From an uncultured Rhodospirillaceae bacterium (GTDB lineage: Bacteria > Pseudomonadota > Alphaproteobacteria > UBA2966): a stretch of 64,000 nucleotides of DNA. Of the stretch, positions 37,664 to 47,687 are shown in pieces. The notes below the pieces were generated by a model. That model did no database searches, was not told the DNA's origin, and saw only the letters and a list, made by a program, of their open reading frames with translations. Both the position numbers and the translations under genes were made by a program. The first letter of the stretch is position 1. The number at the start of each line of letters is the position of its first letter. Location: the NCBI GenBank assembly GCA_964343605.1, contig CAYFKJ010000008.1, positions 93,926 through 157,925 of the forward strand, given 5' to 3'.

Positions 37664-39997
37664 TCAGGCGGCTAGATCAGCCTCGTGGACACGAACATCC
37701 TCGCCGACTGCCGTAATCTCGACTTGTTCGCCACGGGGCCTGACAGCGATCACACGCGCCTTAGCACTCCACGCTTCTCCTGGGCCAAAGGCAAAGTGGC
37801 TGCGCTCTTCTGCCGTCCCGGTGTAAGGCACGAAATTCAGAGCTTCCATGATCCTCACTGATCTCATGTCATCGCCATTCGCCTGCACCTTGAACGGTCC
37901 GGCTGGGCTGCCATCGCGACGTCGCAAAGCGATGTAATGCTCGGTGTTCGGCTGCCATTCCAACGGCTCCGAGACTTCCAGAATTGAAGTTTCTGGAGCC
38001 CACGAAACCACTTCACCACCTTGTCCCCATCGCGGCATATCGTGCGTGACAGCCACCAGGTCCCCATAGGTCGGGATAAGGCCGTCTAGTTCCGTCTGCC
38101 AGGAGACAAGCTTGCGGCGGTAGCGATTATCCGCCGCCATGTAGAGCCCTTCGCGTTTGGCCTGCGGTTCATTGGTGCAGCCAAAGAGCATCACTTTGGC
38201 AGGTTTTTCTGCTGCGCTATCCGGTAGACTGGACGTGACCTCATCCGGGTTCCACGTCCGGGAATTGAAAAACTCCACGGTCACAGCATCCGCCGTATCG
38301 TCACCCGGCATAATATATTGGATCTTGAATGAGCCTTTGACGATATTGCGGGGGCTGAACATGGCCACGGGCAAAGTCTGCTGTGCATCCCGAAATAGCC
38401 GCACCACACCGCCCTGCAATACGGGAACGGCCCGTCCACAACGGGCAATACGGATCAGGGCTTCCCAGACCGTCATGGTACTGTCGAAAACCCCATCGAA
38501 GGTGTCGCCCCTTGCCGACCAGGTTTGATCCAATGCTGTCAATGCCTGAAGGTCCATTCGGGCCTCAGCCAACCCAGCGCCGTAAGACGCCCGACAGGCA
38601 TCGGCAAAGGCCCAGGCAATGGAGCGGGTAGGTTCAGGCGATGACCACCCGGTTTCAGGGGACCAAATGGAAAGCTTCCGAGTGACCACGCAGTTGATCA
38701 TCCGAGACGATCTCTGAGACAGGTTATCGGTCGCCCGCATCTTGACGGCCAGCAGCGTTACATTGCCGAATTCCGGGGCGCCTTCCAGATACGAGCGGAC
38801 AGCAGCCCAGCGCAATTCATGTCCAGCACGCGATGAGGCATCAATTGTATCAAGGCGGATCATCCGCACTTCATAGCGCCCAGACGAAACTGCATATTTA
38901 TAGCTGAGCCTGAGCGCAGAATTGGTTGAGGCTGTATAGCTCTCAGTGCCCAGCGATGCCCAATCACCGATCGGCAGGCCTTCATCATCAATGATGCGAG
39001 CCTGAACCTCCCATTGAGCACTGCGGGTATCAAGCCCACCACTGTCGTTGGCGTAATAGAGCCCCCGGGCAAACACCACATCGATGCCGATATGAGCGGC
39101 TTTGGTTTCAGCGGGATTGGCTGTAAACGGACCAATCCAGTCCCCGCCGTCACCGGTACTGCGCAATTCCTGCCCCGCGACCTCGGGTGCAGTGACCACA
39201 TCGGTTTCAAACAATGTGACGCTGCCGCCCGGCCCGACGATCTCCGTCTCTACTTCTTCAAAAGATGCGATGGGCGTGTCTTCAATGCGCACTTGCTCCA
39301 GATCGAATTCACCCTGGCCGATCACATGGAGCTGAAACAGATACTGCTCATTGTTCACGAATTCCTGATAGGGCTGGGTCGCAAGATCGGGATAGATCAA
39401 ATGGCGGCCATAAAGAACCGGGATCGGTTGGCCGAGACGGGCCTCGTTGCCCTGAGCTGACAGCGAGTAGGTGGGACTGGGGGCCGGTGGCGCACCAACG
39501 GATCCAAAACTCAACGACGGTACGGATGGCTTGGGCGCAGGTACAACGGCATTCATCAACGCCATACCTGCCAGCGAGATAATCGCTCCGCCGATAGCTT
39601 GCTGAAGAACGCCTGCGCCAATTCCAAGGGCAGCTCCAGCATTAGCCGAAATCCCCATGGCTGCGCCCAAAGGTCCGCCAAGCGCAAACGAAGCCACCAT
39701 AACCGCAATGGACAGGACTGTGCGCAGAGGGTTCTTTCCTCCGCCACCTCCACCGCCGCCCCCTTGGGGCAGGGTCACAAAGGCCACCACGTCATTGTCG
39801 TTGATGAACGTGGTTTCCCAATCAGCTCTCAAAACAGCCCGGCCATTGAACAGGCAGATCGTCGGACGCTCAAACTCCCCAATACCTTGGTCTATGAGCC
39901 ACCCGCGTACAGAAACCGGGCTTATGACCGGGCGCACTTCTCGGTCCCGCTCCGGATAGAACGGGTTTCTGACGAGGGTGACGGCAGCAAGCATCAA
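37664..39997 (-). CDS. Tail tip/host-specificity protein (gpI-gpJ-like fusion)
   Basis: Gly-run N-terminal domain, NEARLGQPIPVLYG, PTRSIAWA; position after NlpC/P60. Confidence 0.85.
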   Translation of the reverse strand: MMLAAVTLVRNPFYPERDREVRPVISPVSVRGWLIDQGIGEFERPTICLFNGRAVLRADWETTFINDNDVVAFVTLPQGGGGGGGGGKNPLRTVLSIAVMVASFALGGPLGAAMGISANAGAALGIGAGVLQQAIGGAIISLAGMALMNAVVPAPKPSVPSLSFGSVGAPPAPSPTYSLSAQGNEARLGQPIPVLYGRHLIYPDLATQPYQEFVNNEQYLFQLHVIGQGEFDLEQVRIEDTPIASFEEVETEIVGPGGSVTLFETDVVTAPEVAGQELRSTGDGGDWIGPFTANPAETKAAHIGIDVVFARGLYYANDSGGLDTRSAQWEVQARIIDDEGLPIGDWASLGTESYTASTNSALRLSYKYAVSSGRYEVRMIRLDTIDASSRAGHELRWAAVRSYLEGAPEFGNVTLLAVKMRATDNLSQRSSRMINCVVTRKLSIWSPETGWSSPEPTRSIAWAFADACRASYGAGLAEARMDLQALTALDQTWSARGDTFDGVFDSTMTVWEALIRIARCGRAVPVLQGGVVRLFRDAQQTLPVAMFSPRNIVKGSFKIQYIMPGDDTADAVTVEFFNSRTWNPDEVTSSLPDSAAEKPAKVMLFGCTNEPQAKREGLYMAADNRYRRKLVSWQTELDGLIPTYGDLVAVTHDMPRWGQGGEVVSWAPETSILEVSEPLEWQPNTEHYIALRRRDGSPAGPFKVQANGDDMRSVRIMEALNFVPYTGTAEERSHFAFGPGEAWSAKARVIAVRPRGEQVEITAVGEDVRVHEADLAA

Positions 39998-40398
39998 TTA
40001 GGTCCAATAAAGCGATAATAGCCCTCAATCCGCCAGCCATTGGCAGACAGAGACGCAAGGTTTTGAAAGGCGACACCGGCTTCTTGGGCACAATGGAGAA
40101 CCCCGCCCCCATCCACATCAAGCCAGACACCGACATGAATGGGGTAACGGGCTTGGCGCATCAGCACGCAGTCACCTTCTTGTGGGGCGTCAACAAGCCC
40201 CCAGTGTCTGCGCTCAGGGTGATCGCGAAAGCCTCTGGCGATCGCGAGAAGGTCTTCCGGGTTTGGAATGCTCGGTAGTTCACGGCCAAACTGGTGCTGC
40301 TGCACATGGCAGACGAACGCCCAACAATGAAAACTGTCCGGCCCTTCGCCATCAGCCGACCAAGGGATCCCAATATATGTTTCGGCCCAGTGCGTCAT
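39994..40398 (-). CDS. NlpC/P60 tail protein (gpK-like)
   Basis: YIGIPW...CWAF...HVGVW...VLH. Confidence 0.85.
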   Translation of the reverse strand: MTHWAETYIGIPWSADGEGPDSFHCWAFVCHVQQHQFGRELPSIPNPEDLLAIARGFRDHPERRHWGLVDAPQEGDCVLMRQARYPIHVGVWLDVDGGGVLHCAQEAGVAFQNLASLSANGWRIEGYYRFIGPN

Positions 40399-40937
40399 CG
40401 CGTCAGCCCTGGAAACCGCTTGGCTGTATAGGTCTCACTCGGAAAGGCCTTGTTGCCGATGTCCAGCATCCTTGCCCGGCCAGTCACCTGCAGGGCGTTG
40501 GCCTCAACCTCTGTCAGTACCAGCGTGATCGGCGGATCCATCTGCGGTCCTTCCTGATCGGTGGAGAGATATGGTCTATAGGTGATTTCGATCTTGTCCT
40601 GAGAAACGGCTGCCGCGTCCAGATGGCGAACGATCTCACGGCTGACGTTGTCCAACGTCACCGTGATTTCGGGCACGGGGGCCGTATCAATGGGCGGCAG
40701 AGACAAATCAAAGGCCAAAGCGATGAAGGTGACCATCTCGCCACCGTTTACGGGTGCAGACGCCTCCAGGCGGGCTTCCAGATCTCGGTGATCGCGCACC
40801 ACTCGAATGGCCGTCGGGCTTCCGTCGTCATCGACAAAAGCAGGATGGCGCAATTCGAGTGTATGCAGGATCACCACATCTGAAGGAGCGGCTGCATAGG
40901 CCTCGCGGATGGCTTGGCTGAGAGTTGGATCAGGCAT
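40395..40937 (-). CDS. Minor tail protein (DUF1833)
   Basis: EAYAAAP..VILHTLELRHP, LDNVSREI, ends FPGL. Confidence 0.8.
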   Translation of the reverse strand: MPDPTLSQAIREAYAAAPSDVVILHTLELRHPAFVDDDGSPTAIRVVRDHRDLEARLEASAPVNGGEMVTFIALAFDLSLPPIDTAPVPEITVTLDNVSREIVRHLDAAAVSQDKIEITYRPYLSTDQEGPQMDPPITLVLTEVEANALQVTGRARMLDIGNKAFPSETYTAKRFPGLTR

Positions 40938-40955
40938 GGAGCAAAACCCAGACAT

Positions 40956-40978
40956 AAAAAAACCGGCTCAACGCCGGT
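40956..40978 (-). terminator. Intrinsic terminator after the fibre cassette
   Basis: Minus strand ACCGGC-GTTGA-GCCGGT followed by a T run. Confidence 0.7.
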
Positions 40979-41006
40979 GGATTGAGATCGATTGGAAATG
41001 CGAGGG

Positions 41007-41444
41007 CTACCAGGTGAAGGCTTGGATCTCCTCTAATGTGGTCAGCGCAGCAATGGCGGTTTCCGCCTCATCACTGGCGGTACGGATGGCTTCGCGCTCG
41101 GCGTAGACATCTTGCAAAGTAGCGGTGCCGTTCAATGCATCGCGCTCTCTGGCACGGTCCACTTTCCAATCGGTTGCCGCAATCCGTTCACCGGCCTCTG
41201 ATTTAACCCGGCCAACAAGAGCGGATCGTGCTGTTTCCAACTCCGCCGCTTGTTGAGATGCCACGGTATCGGCGTCTTGCTGCTTGACCTCGTCGTCGGT
41301 GATTCCGCCATAGCGATCGACAACCTTGCCATCGACTAACTGGAAACGGTGACCGAGCTTGGACGGCACAGGCAGCTTGAACTGACCGTTCGGGCCAATC
41401 ACGCCCCAGTCGTCACTATGGGGAAAGCTAATTTTATCGACCAT
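41007..41444 (-). CDS. Probable tail fibre assembly chaperone
   Basis: TDWKVDRARE...REAIR..S...ends FTW, typical of fibre chaperones. Confidence 0.6.
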   Translation of the reverse strand: MVDKISFPHSDDWGVIGPNGQFKLPVPSKLGHRFQLVDGKVVDRYGGITDDEVKQQDADTVASQQAAELETARSALVGRVKSEAGERIAATDWKVDRARERDALNGTATLQDVYAEREAIRTASDEAETAIAALTTLEEIQAFTW

Positions 41445-41446
41445 GA

Positions 41447-42790
41447 TTAGTTACCTCCGATGATCGGCACGATGTAGGGATAGTTAGTTGAGTGATAAGC
41501 ACTGTCGAAGATGTAGACGTTGAAGCCCGGCACCTTGGAGCTCATGTCGCCCTTGTCGGCAATCGCCTCAAAAATGCTCTTGGTGTCGATGTGCGACATA
41601 TAGATGCCATAGCCACTGTCAGAGTTCGGGCTATAGGAAATCATGAAGTCACTGTCGCGGACCGGCGCAAACGAACGCCCGTAACTGCTGTCCTGATGCT
41701 GCAAGAAAACATACTTGCCGTCGGACACACGGATCAGGAACACCTCGGCACCGGCCCCGTAGTAGTAATAGGGCTGGTAACAAATGACGTATTTGCCGTC
41801 GTTTGAGATCTGGAAGCGGAGACCGTTGCGATCCCCTTGCTCCATCCCATAGGACGTTGTGGTGCTCAGCGTATGGGTCGCTTCTTGCGTAAAGCCACCG
41901 GCACCATCCGGTGTGAACCGATCCAGCATGCAATAACTGTGTGGCTCCATCCGAACGATGATCACCTTGCCGTCATCACAAGGTACAACAGCGGCACGGT
42001 ACAGACTTTCGCTGTAGCCCGCAGAGTTTGCCGTCCAGTCAAAGAAGGTGTGATTGGCTTCGTCCAGGGCATCAAACCAGGTCTTGCGGTCTGCTGCGTG
42101 GATATCGAAAGGAGCAACGTTTGAGTAGACATGCAACCGCATGCCTGTCCCGCCATTGGTGTTTTCATTGATCACAAGGGTGCGGGTTTTCTCGTTGTAT
42201 CCGATCATCCCGTACTTGTTGTAAGTGCCAAAATCGTTCTGGGCGTAGAACTTGTTTGCCGTCCAGGCCAGGTGCCAGCCCTCAGTCCCAGACAATCGTC
42301 CCGGCGCGATGGCACGGGGTGCGACCCCGGCATATTGGTTTTCCATGAACAGGGCGAGGTTCTTGTTGCTCTTGTTATTGACCCAAACGCCGACATTGCG
42401 AAGCGCTGTCGCAGCGTAAGGTGCTGCCCGACCAATCATGGAGCCATCGGGAGCAACAGCCAAAGAGATATGGCCGAGATGACCACAACGCGCCGTGTTG
42501 TCGCCGTAAGACGAGTCCGTTGAGGAGATATTCGAGTTGGTCTGACCGTAGGAATACCAGTTGTTAAAGAACTCAGTACCTTCGCCGCCGGTGGTCCCTT
42601 GCATGTAGCTGGTGGAGTTGTAGTTCTGCCGACCGACTTCCTGAAGATAGTGGTTATAGAGAATGGTGCCCCACGGAGATGAGCTATACATGGTCACCAC
42701 CGCAAAAGCTGGACGCTTCCATGGGTCCAAGAGATCCGTGTTCAGGTGATGTTGCTGCTGTTTGACAGCGTTAAACGTCAGAATATCCAT
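41447..42790 (-). CDS. Putative receptor-binding/virion protein, rich in Tyr, Asn, Ser and Gly
   Basis: 447-aa ORF with GGAGG RBS; beta-rich aromatic composition; precedes the chaperone. Confidence 0.6.
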   Translation of the reverse strand: MDILTFNAVKQQQHHLNTDLLDPWKRPAFAVVTMYSSSPWGTILYNHYLQEVGRQNYNSTSYMQGTTGGEGTEFFNNWYSYGQTNSNISSTDSSYGDNTARCGHLGHISLAVAPDGSMIGRAAPYAATALRNVGVWVNNKSNKNLALFMENQYAGVAPRAIAPGRLSGTEGWHLAWTANKFYAQNDFGTYNKYGMIGYNEKTRTLVINENTNGGTGMRLHVYSNVAPFDIHAADRKTWFDALDEANHTFFDWTANSAGYSESLYRAAVVPCDDGKVIIVRMEPHSYCMLDRFTPDGAGGFTQEATHTLSTTTSYGMEQGDRNGLRFQISNDGKYVICYQPYYYYGAGAEVFLIRVSDGKYVFLQHQDSSYGRSFAPVRDSDFMISYSPNSDSGYGIYMSHIDTKSIFEAIADKGDMSSKVPGFNVYIFDSAYHSTNYPYIVPIIGGN

Positions 42791-42792
42791 CG

Positions 42793-43359
42793 TCAGACCT
42801 CCGTGATGGCGTCGATTTGCCCATCGGGCGTATAGGTAAAAGTGAAGCTGCGGGCATAGTCGATGCCGCCAATGGTCAGCATCTCGTCATAGCCCGTCAT
42901 CCGGCCTTGATCGTCATAGGTGATGTTGTCCACGAGGCGCAGGCCTTGCTGGATTGTGATGACACGGCCTAGGTTGTCATAAGTCAGATCACCGGAAACA
43001 ATGGTGCCGGTGAACAAGGCCGCGTTGGCTGCATCCACCGAATAACCAGCCCCAGTGCCCAAGTAGTTCCCAAGATTGACCTCAAACTCGGCCAGTTGAT
43101 CATTGATCTGGGTTTCCAAGGCATTATTGAAGGCTTCGATGTTGGCGAGCGCCGTATTCAGATCCGCAATGACCGTGTCGTTCACAAATCCGGTCGCCGT
43201 GGCCAGCCAGAGTGTATTGATATGCGCCTTCAATGCTTCAGTGATGGCTTTTAGCTTGGCAGGAATGTCCTTGGCCTTCGAATTGCTGAAGATATCGATG
43301 TCTTCATCGAAGGTCGCGAATGGCGACGTGTCCGGAATGGGTGGAATGGTGATGGGCAT
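42793..43359 (-). CDS. Hypothetical virion protein with C-terminal YD-like hairpins
   Basis: LTYDNLGRV, ITYDDQGRM, FTYTPDGQI. Confidence 0.6.
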   Translation of the reverse strand: MPITIPPIPDTSPFATFDEDIDIFSNSKAKDIPAKLKAITEALKAHINTLWLATATGFVNDTVIADLNTALANIEAFNNALETQINDQLAEFEVNLGNYLGTGAGYSVDAANAALFTGTIVSGDLTYDNLGRVITIQQGLRLVDNITYDDQGRMTGYDEMLTIGGIDYARSFTFTYTPDGQIDAITEV

Positions 43360-43373
43360 GGACGTTTCTCCAA

Positions 43374-43772
43374 TTACAGATTTTCAAGGACGCTTTCGCC
43401 AAAGGCTTCTAGGGAACGCTCGCCAACCATAACGTCACCGGCGAGATCCAGATTGCTGTTATCCCGGTTCATCAGTTTCCAGCGCTCTTCGCCACCGAAA
43501 GGCACGTCGCCGATACGGGTGGCCCGGGTCAGCATGAGCAAATCCTCTCCGCTTAAATCCGGGGAATAGAAATCGACGGATTTCTCAGCGATCTTCTGCT
43601 TCAAAGCCTCATAGGCCAGCGGGTCCTGGATGTTTTCCATGAGCTCCATGGCCTTCACCATGAGGGCGAAGTCATCCATGCGCAGATTGGACTGGTCCAG
43701 CTTGGCGTTGATGGCCGAGAGAGCATTGGCTTCGGCTGTTTTGAGCGTTTGATAGTGAGCAAGGGTCGTCAT
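43374..43772 (-). CDS. Hypothetical helical phage protein
   Basis: Tightly packed ORF within the tail operon. Confidence 0.65.
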   Translation of the reverse strand: MTTLAHYQTLKTAEANALSAINAKLDQSNLRMDDFALMVKAMELMENIQDPLAYEALKQKIAEKSVDFYSPDLSGEDLLMLTRATRIGDVPFGGEERWKLMNRDNSNLDLAGDVMVGERSLEAFGESVLENL

Positions 43773-43783
43773 CTCAGGTTCTC

Positions 43784-44644
43784 TCAGAACAGTTCGATGC
43801 CAAGGGCGCGATAGTCAGAGCCTCGCCTGGCCGATACGATCAGGGTTTGCAGATCAAGACCGGTGGCATTGGCAACAATGACCGCCGCCGCTTCCGCAGC
43901 GACAGCCGCACTTTCCGCCTCACCAGCCCAGAAGGTTGAATTGGTCTCAGCCGTTTGCGCATCAGCAGCAGACGCGCTTGCAGCAAGAGAAGAGGTTTCG
44001 GCCTGACCCGCCGACTGGGCAGCATTGGTTTCAGCGTTCGCTGCGTTTGTTTCAGAGGTGGCCGCGTTCCCAGCAGAGAGGGCAGCCGCTTCTGCGTGGC
44101 CTTGGGCGACACCTTGGCAATTGGTGGCTGAGCTGGAAGCCGTTTCTGCCGCCTCAGCAGAAGCCGCAGCGGCTTGTGCCGATTGCGCCGCATTAACCTC
44201 AGCTTGTTCAGCCGCCACCTGTGCTTGGCCAGAAGCCGTTGCTGAAGAAGCGGCTCCGGTTTCAGCAGTTTGAGCATTTGCAGCACTCAATGCTGCCGCA
44301 TCAGCGCTATTCGCCGCTGACTGAGCACTGAGATCGGCGTTGGTTTCCGAAGTCGCCGCCGCCACAGCACTATTGGACACACTTTGCTCGTGGGACTGAG
44401 CATTGGCTGCACTGGTGGCAGCCTGCGCTTCGCTTTCGGTTGCCGAAGCTACCATCTCATCAAGCGTCGTGAGACTACCCTGCAATTGGGCATCCACATC
44501 GGCCATGGCCTTCGCCACGGTTTTGACGGCTCCGCCTTCGGTTTGGACAACGGATTGGTCATCCCCATGGACGATTTGGTGCAGCAGTTGTCCATCCGCC
44601 GTTGTTTGTGCAACGGCAGCCGCCAAATCAGTTTGCAAAGACAT
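43784..44644 (-). CDS. Tail fibre anchor/stalk protein with Ala/Ser repeats
   Basis: LHQIVHG...TEGGAVKTVAK attachment-type N-terminus; AATSETNA repeats like lambda Stf. Confidence 0.75.
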   Translation of the reverse strand: MSLQTDLAAAVAQTTADGQLLHQIVHGDDQSVVQTEGGAVKTVAKAMADVDAQLQGSLTTLDEMVASATESEAQAATSAANAQSHEQSVSNSAVAAATSETNADLSAQSAANSADAAALSAANAQTAETGAASSATASGQAQVAAEQAEVNAAQSAQAAAASAEAAETASSSATNCQGVAQGHAEAAALSAGNAATSETNAANAETNAAQSAGQAETSSLAASASAADAQTAETNSTFWAGEAESAAVAAEAAAVIVANATGLDLQTLIVSARRGSDYRALGIELF

Positions 44645-44657
44645 AAATAGACTTCCC

Positions 44658-45137
44658 TTACCAGGTCATGGGACCCGGCAGTTTTTGGTGAACAAGGGTG
44701 TTCAAATCAGCGATGGTTGCCAGCAAGAGCGCTGGATCGTTCTCAAGGAAGATATCGAGGGCATCCCCATCCAGTGTGGGCCGCTCCCGGATCTCTAAAT
44801 CGGAAGTGACTTCCCAGAGAACTCCGTTTTTCAGACGGGCTTCAAACTGGCGCGTAAATCGGGCTTCATGGCCGACAAGACCAAGCCCACCCATCAGGTC
44901 AATTTCGAACCACTCGCCGCCTTCCTTGGCATGCCAGCGATACCAGGCCTCAAAGAGCGCAAATTGCTCGCGACGAAACAGCCAACGCACAGAAATCCGT
45001 GATGGCACCTGCGTAAAACGCCGACGTTGGCGAGCGGGGCCAGCCTCCATCTCAGTGCGAAGGATCGCTTCTCCAGGATGGACGCCGTAGCCGTCAACCG
45101 TTGGAAGCGGAAGGGTCTTGGGCCAGGCGATTGTCAT
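44658..45137 (-). CDS. Distal tail-like protein
   Basis: WPKTLPLP...RTEMEAGPARQRRRFT; directly after tape measure. Confidence 0.75.
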   Translation of the reverse strand: MTIAWPKTLPLPTVDGYGVHPGEAILRTEMEAGPARQRRRFTQVPSRISVRWLFRREQFALFEAWYRWHAKEGGEWFEIDLMGGLGLVGHEARFTRQFEARLKNGVLWEVTSDLEIRERPTLDGDALDIFLENDPALLLATIADLNTLVHQKLPGPMTW

Positions 45138-45155
45138 ATACTTAGGCCCCTCTAA

Positions 45156-47687
45156 TTATCGATACGCCCCTGCTGCCGGATTGAGCCCGTAGCGTCGTTC
45201 CATGGTCGGGGCCAAGCCTTCGCCACGACCGATGTTGCGGGCAATCTGCCCTTCGATCTGCTCCACGATGATATCGAGCCTGAGCCCGCCACCGCCGTCA
45301 GAACGCCACTGCGCTCTGGCTTCAGTGCCCGGAGCCCGGTTGTCGACATGGACGTTGACCTTCACTTCCGGCTTTTGGCCTAGTTCAGAACCAAGGGCCC
45401 GCATTTGTCCCGGCGTGAAAACCGTCTCGCCACGCTGAGCAATGATCGGCACTTCGTTGCCAACCACACCGCCACCATGAAATCGGGGCGCATTGTCAAA
45501 GACCGTCGGGTATATAGGTCGGCTCGGCAAAGGATCAGATCCGATGACGCCACCGACATGAGCCACTTGCACAGGTCCTGGTGCTGGGAAATCTCCGACC
45601 ATACCGGCAGATCCCCCGAAAAGACTTCCGGCGATGGAACCAAAGATACCTTCGAACAAGGCCCCAAAGGGCTTGATGACCGCCATGCGATAGGCCGCCC
45701 GCAAGGCTTCCTCCGCGATCGAGTTAAACAGATCAGACGCGCTCACCTTGCCGGTGGTCGCCCATTGAACAAATGCGTCCTCGCTGGCTTTCAAAGCACG
45801 GGATGTAGCCTGCTCGAATTGTTGGGCGGCATCCGATGATTCCCGGGCATAGTCTCGCAAGGCCCGGACAACGCCAGCTGACCAGTCCTGGCTAGCACTG
45901 AGCATTTGGTCATAGGCCTGCTCAGAAGCCCGAGCGAAGGTTTCCTGATCAATAGCTCCCGCAGCCAACAGCTCATTTAGTTTTCTGACCTCGGCGGCAT
46001 AGGCTTCCTCTGCCGTTCGAAGCTCTTCGGTCAGCGCTTTCCCTCGTTCGCGGATGCGGTCTGCGTCTTCTTCGGCCTTTGTTCTGGCTTCAATGGCTTG
46101 CTTCTGATCAAAGAGTGCACCGGCCAGGTCCCTGACCTGAGCCCGTTCGGCGTCCGTCGCCTCGGCAGACAACCGTCGAAGCGCCTGAGAAATAAACCGC
46201 TGGCGATCGGTCAGTGCCAATTCATCCCGCTCGGCCCTCAACCCTTCAATGATCCGGGTGTTGGCAGCCTGTTTTCTACGGGCTGCTTCGGCTTCCTGCT
46301 CAGCCAGACGAGATAGTTTGGCATCACGAACAGCCGCCGCCCGGGCCATGATTTCACCAATCTGATCCAGATTGCCGCCGTCCGGCTCGATCAAGCCCTG
46401 CATTTCAGAAACGAGGCGCTCATATTCAGCCCGAATGCGATCTGCCCCCTGATGAGTGGCCTCAAAGAGCTGGCGTTGAAGATCGGTTTCAATCTGCGCA
46501 ATCCGTCGAGACCGGTCCTGAGCCGAACGAATATCAGCCTCAATGGCATCGGGTGTCGTGGTGCCATCGGGCGCTGGCGCACTATCGCCATCATCCCTTT
46601 GCATCCAGGCGAGCTTGGCTGCCCATTGGCGGTATTGCTCGACCCGCTCCTGCAGCCGACGTTCCAACGCGACCTTGCGCCCCCAGGCAATGGGATCATT
46701 CAGAAAACCGATATCGCCAATTTCATTAAGCTCCCGAGCGATCTCCTGAAGCTCTTGGCGGCGTTCTTCGACGATGCGCCGCGTCGAGCGTTCCGACAGA
46801 CCCTCGAAATTGAAATCACCAGACAAAGCCAACTTGATCTGCTCATAGGCGGTGGCCGCATCAGCCGCCAGATCGGCAAGCCCCGATGAGATATCGGCAA
46901 TGGCCGGAGCCAAATCCAACATCGCTCGCGTCAGGTTGGCAGAAACCACCTTGCCCAAGGTGTCCAACTGATCACGAGCCTTCTCGGCATTACGGACCAG
47001 GTCCTCTTCCAAAACGATCCCAAGATCGCGGGCATGACGGCGGGTTGCTTCCAGAGCGTCTGCGCCACCGACCAGCATGTTCACCATCGCCACACCTTCA
47101 CTGTCGAACAGCTTGAAGGCGAGACGCAGCCGCTCGGCAGGATCCTCGGTGCGCTTGAAGGCCTCCGCGACATCGTTCAACAAATCTTCAGAACGACGGA
47201 TGTTGCCGTGCTGGTCACGAAGAGCGATGCCCATATCGGTCAAGGCCTGTTTGGCTTCACCTGTGCCTTTGGCTGCCTCGGCCACGCGCCGGGTAAAACG
47301 TTGCAACCCCATATCGAGGGTTTGTTGCTGGACGCCCGCCAACTGAGCGGCAAAACGCAGTTCTTGCAGCGCCTCAATGCCAACGCCGAGCTTATCCGCC
47401 GTTTTGCCGATGGCATCGGCGGCAGAGATAGATCGATCAATCAGTGTCGCGAGGCCGCCTACAGCAGCAGCGCCCACCAAAGCACTACCGAGTGCCCGCA
47501 TTCCCGTGGTGAGCATTCGGGCACGCTCGCCAAGGGAAGAGAGGCCTAGCGATGCTCTGCCACCGGCGCGTTCGATCTTTTTGAGGGATCGTTCCCCGCT
47601 CTCACCCACATTGACGAGCTCGGCCTTGACCTTATTGCCACCCTCGACCGCCAAGCGAACCGCGTATGTATGTTTGGCTTTGGCCAT
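45156..47687 (-). CDS. Tail tape measure protein (lambda family)
   Basis: 843 aa, Ala-rich helical; C-terminal FHGGG...EVPIIAQRGE. Confidence 0.9.
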   Translation of the reverse strand: MAKAKHTYAVRLAVEGGNKVKAELVNVGESGERSLKKIERAGGRASLGLSSLGERARMLTTGMRALGSALVGAAAVGGLATLIDRSISAADAIGKTADKLGVGIEALQELRFAAQLAGVQQQTLDMGLQRFTRRVAEAAKGTGEAKQALTDMGIALRDQHGNIRRSEDLLNDVAEAFKRTEDPAERLRLAFKLFDSEGVAMVNMLVGGADALEATRRHARDLGIVLEEDLVRNAEKARDQLDTLGKVVSANLTRAMLDLAPAIADISSGLADLAADAATAYEQIKLALSGDFNFEGLSERSTRRIVEERRQELQEIARELNEIGDIGFLNDPIAWGRKVALERRLQERVEQYRQWAAKLAWMQRDDGDSAPAPDGTTTPDAIEADIRSAQDRSRRIAQIETDLQRQLFEATHQGADRIRAEYERLVSEMQGLIEPDGGNLDQIGEIMARAAAVRDAKLSRLAEQEAEAARRKQAANTRIIEGLRAERDELALTDRQRFISQALRRLSAEATDAERAQVRDLAGALFDQKQAIEARTKAEEDADRIRERGKALTEELRTAEEAYAAEVRKLNELLAAGAIDQETFARASEQAYDQMLSASQDWSAGVVRALRDYARESSDAAQQFEQATSRALKASEDAFVQWATTGKVSASDLFNSIAEEALRAAYRMAVIKPFGALFEGIFGSIAGSLFGGSAGMVGDFPAPGPVQVAHVGGVIGSDPLPSRPIYPTVFDNAPRFHGGGVVGNEVPIIAQRGETVFTPGQMRALGSELGQKPEVKVNVHVDNRAPGTEARAQWRSDGGGGLRLDIIVEQIEGQIARNIGRGEGLAPTMERRYGLNPAAGAYR

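Noticed and set aside
41447..42790. Diversity-generating retroelement target (Asn/Tyr-rich protein)
   Set aside because: No reverse transcriptase and no template/variable repeat pair seen in the window
43870..44450. Repetitive DNA as a CRISPR or tandem array
   Set aside because: Degenerate coding repeats for the Ala/Ser-rich stalk; no repeat-spacer structure
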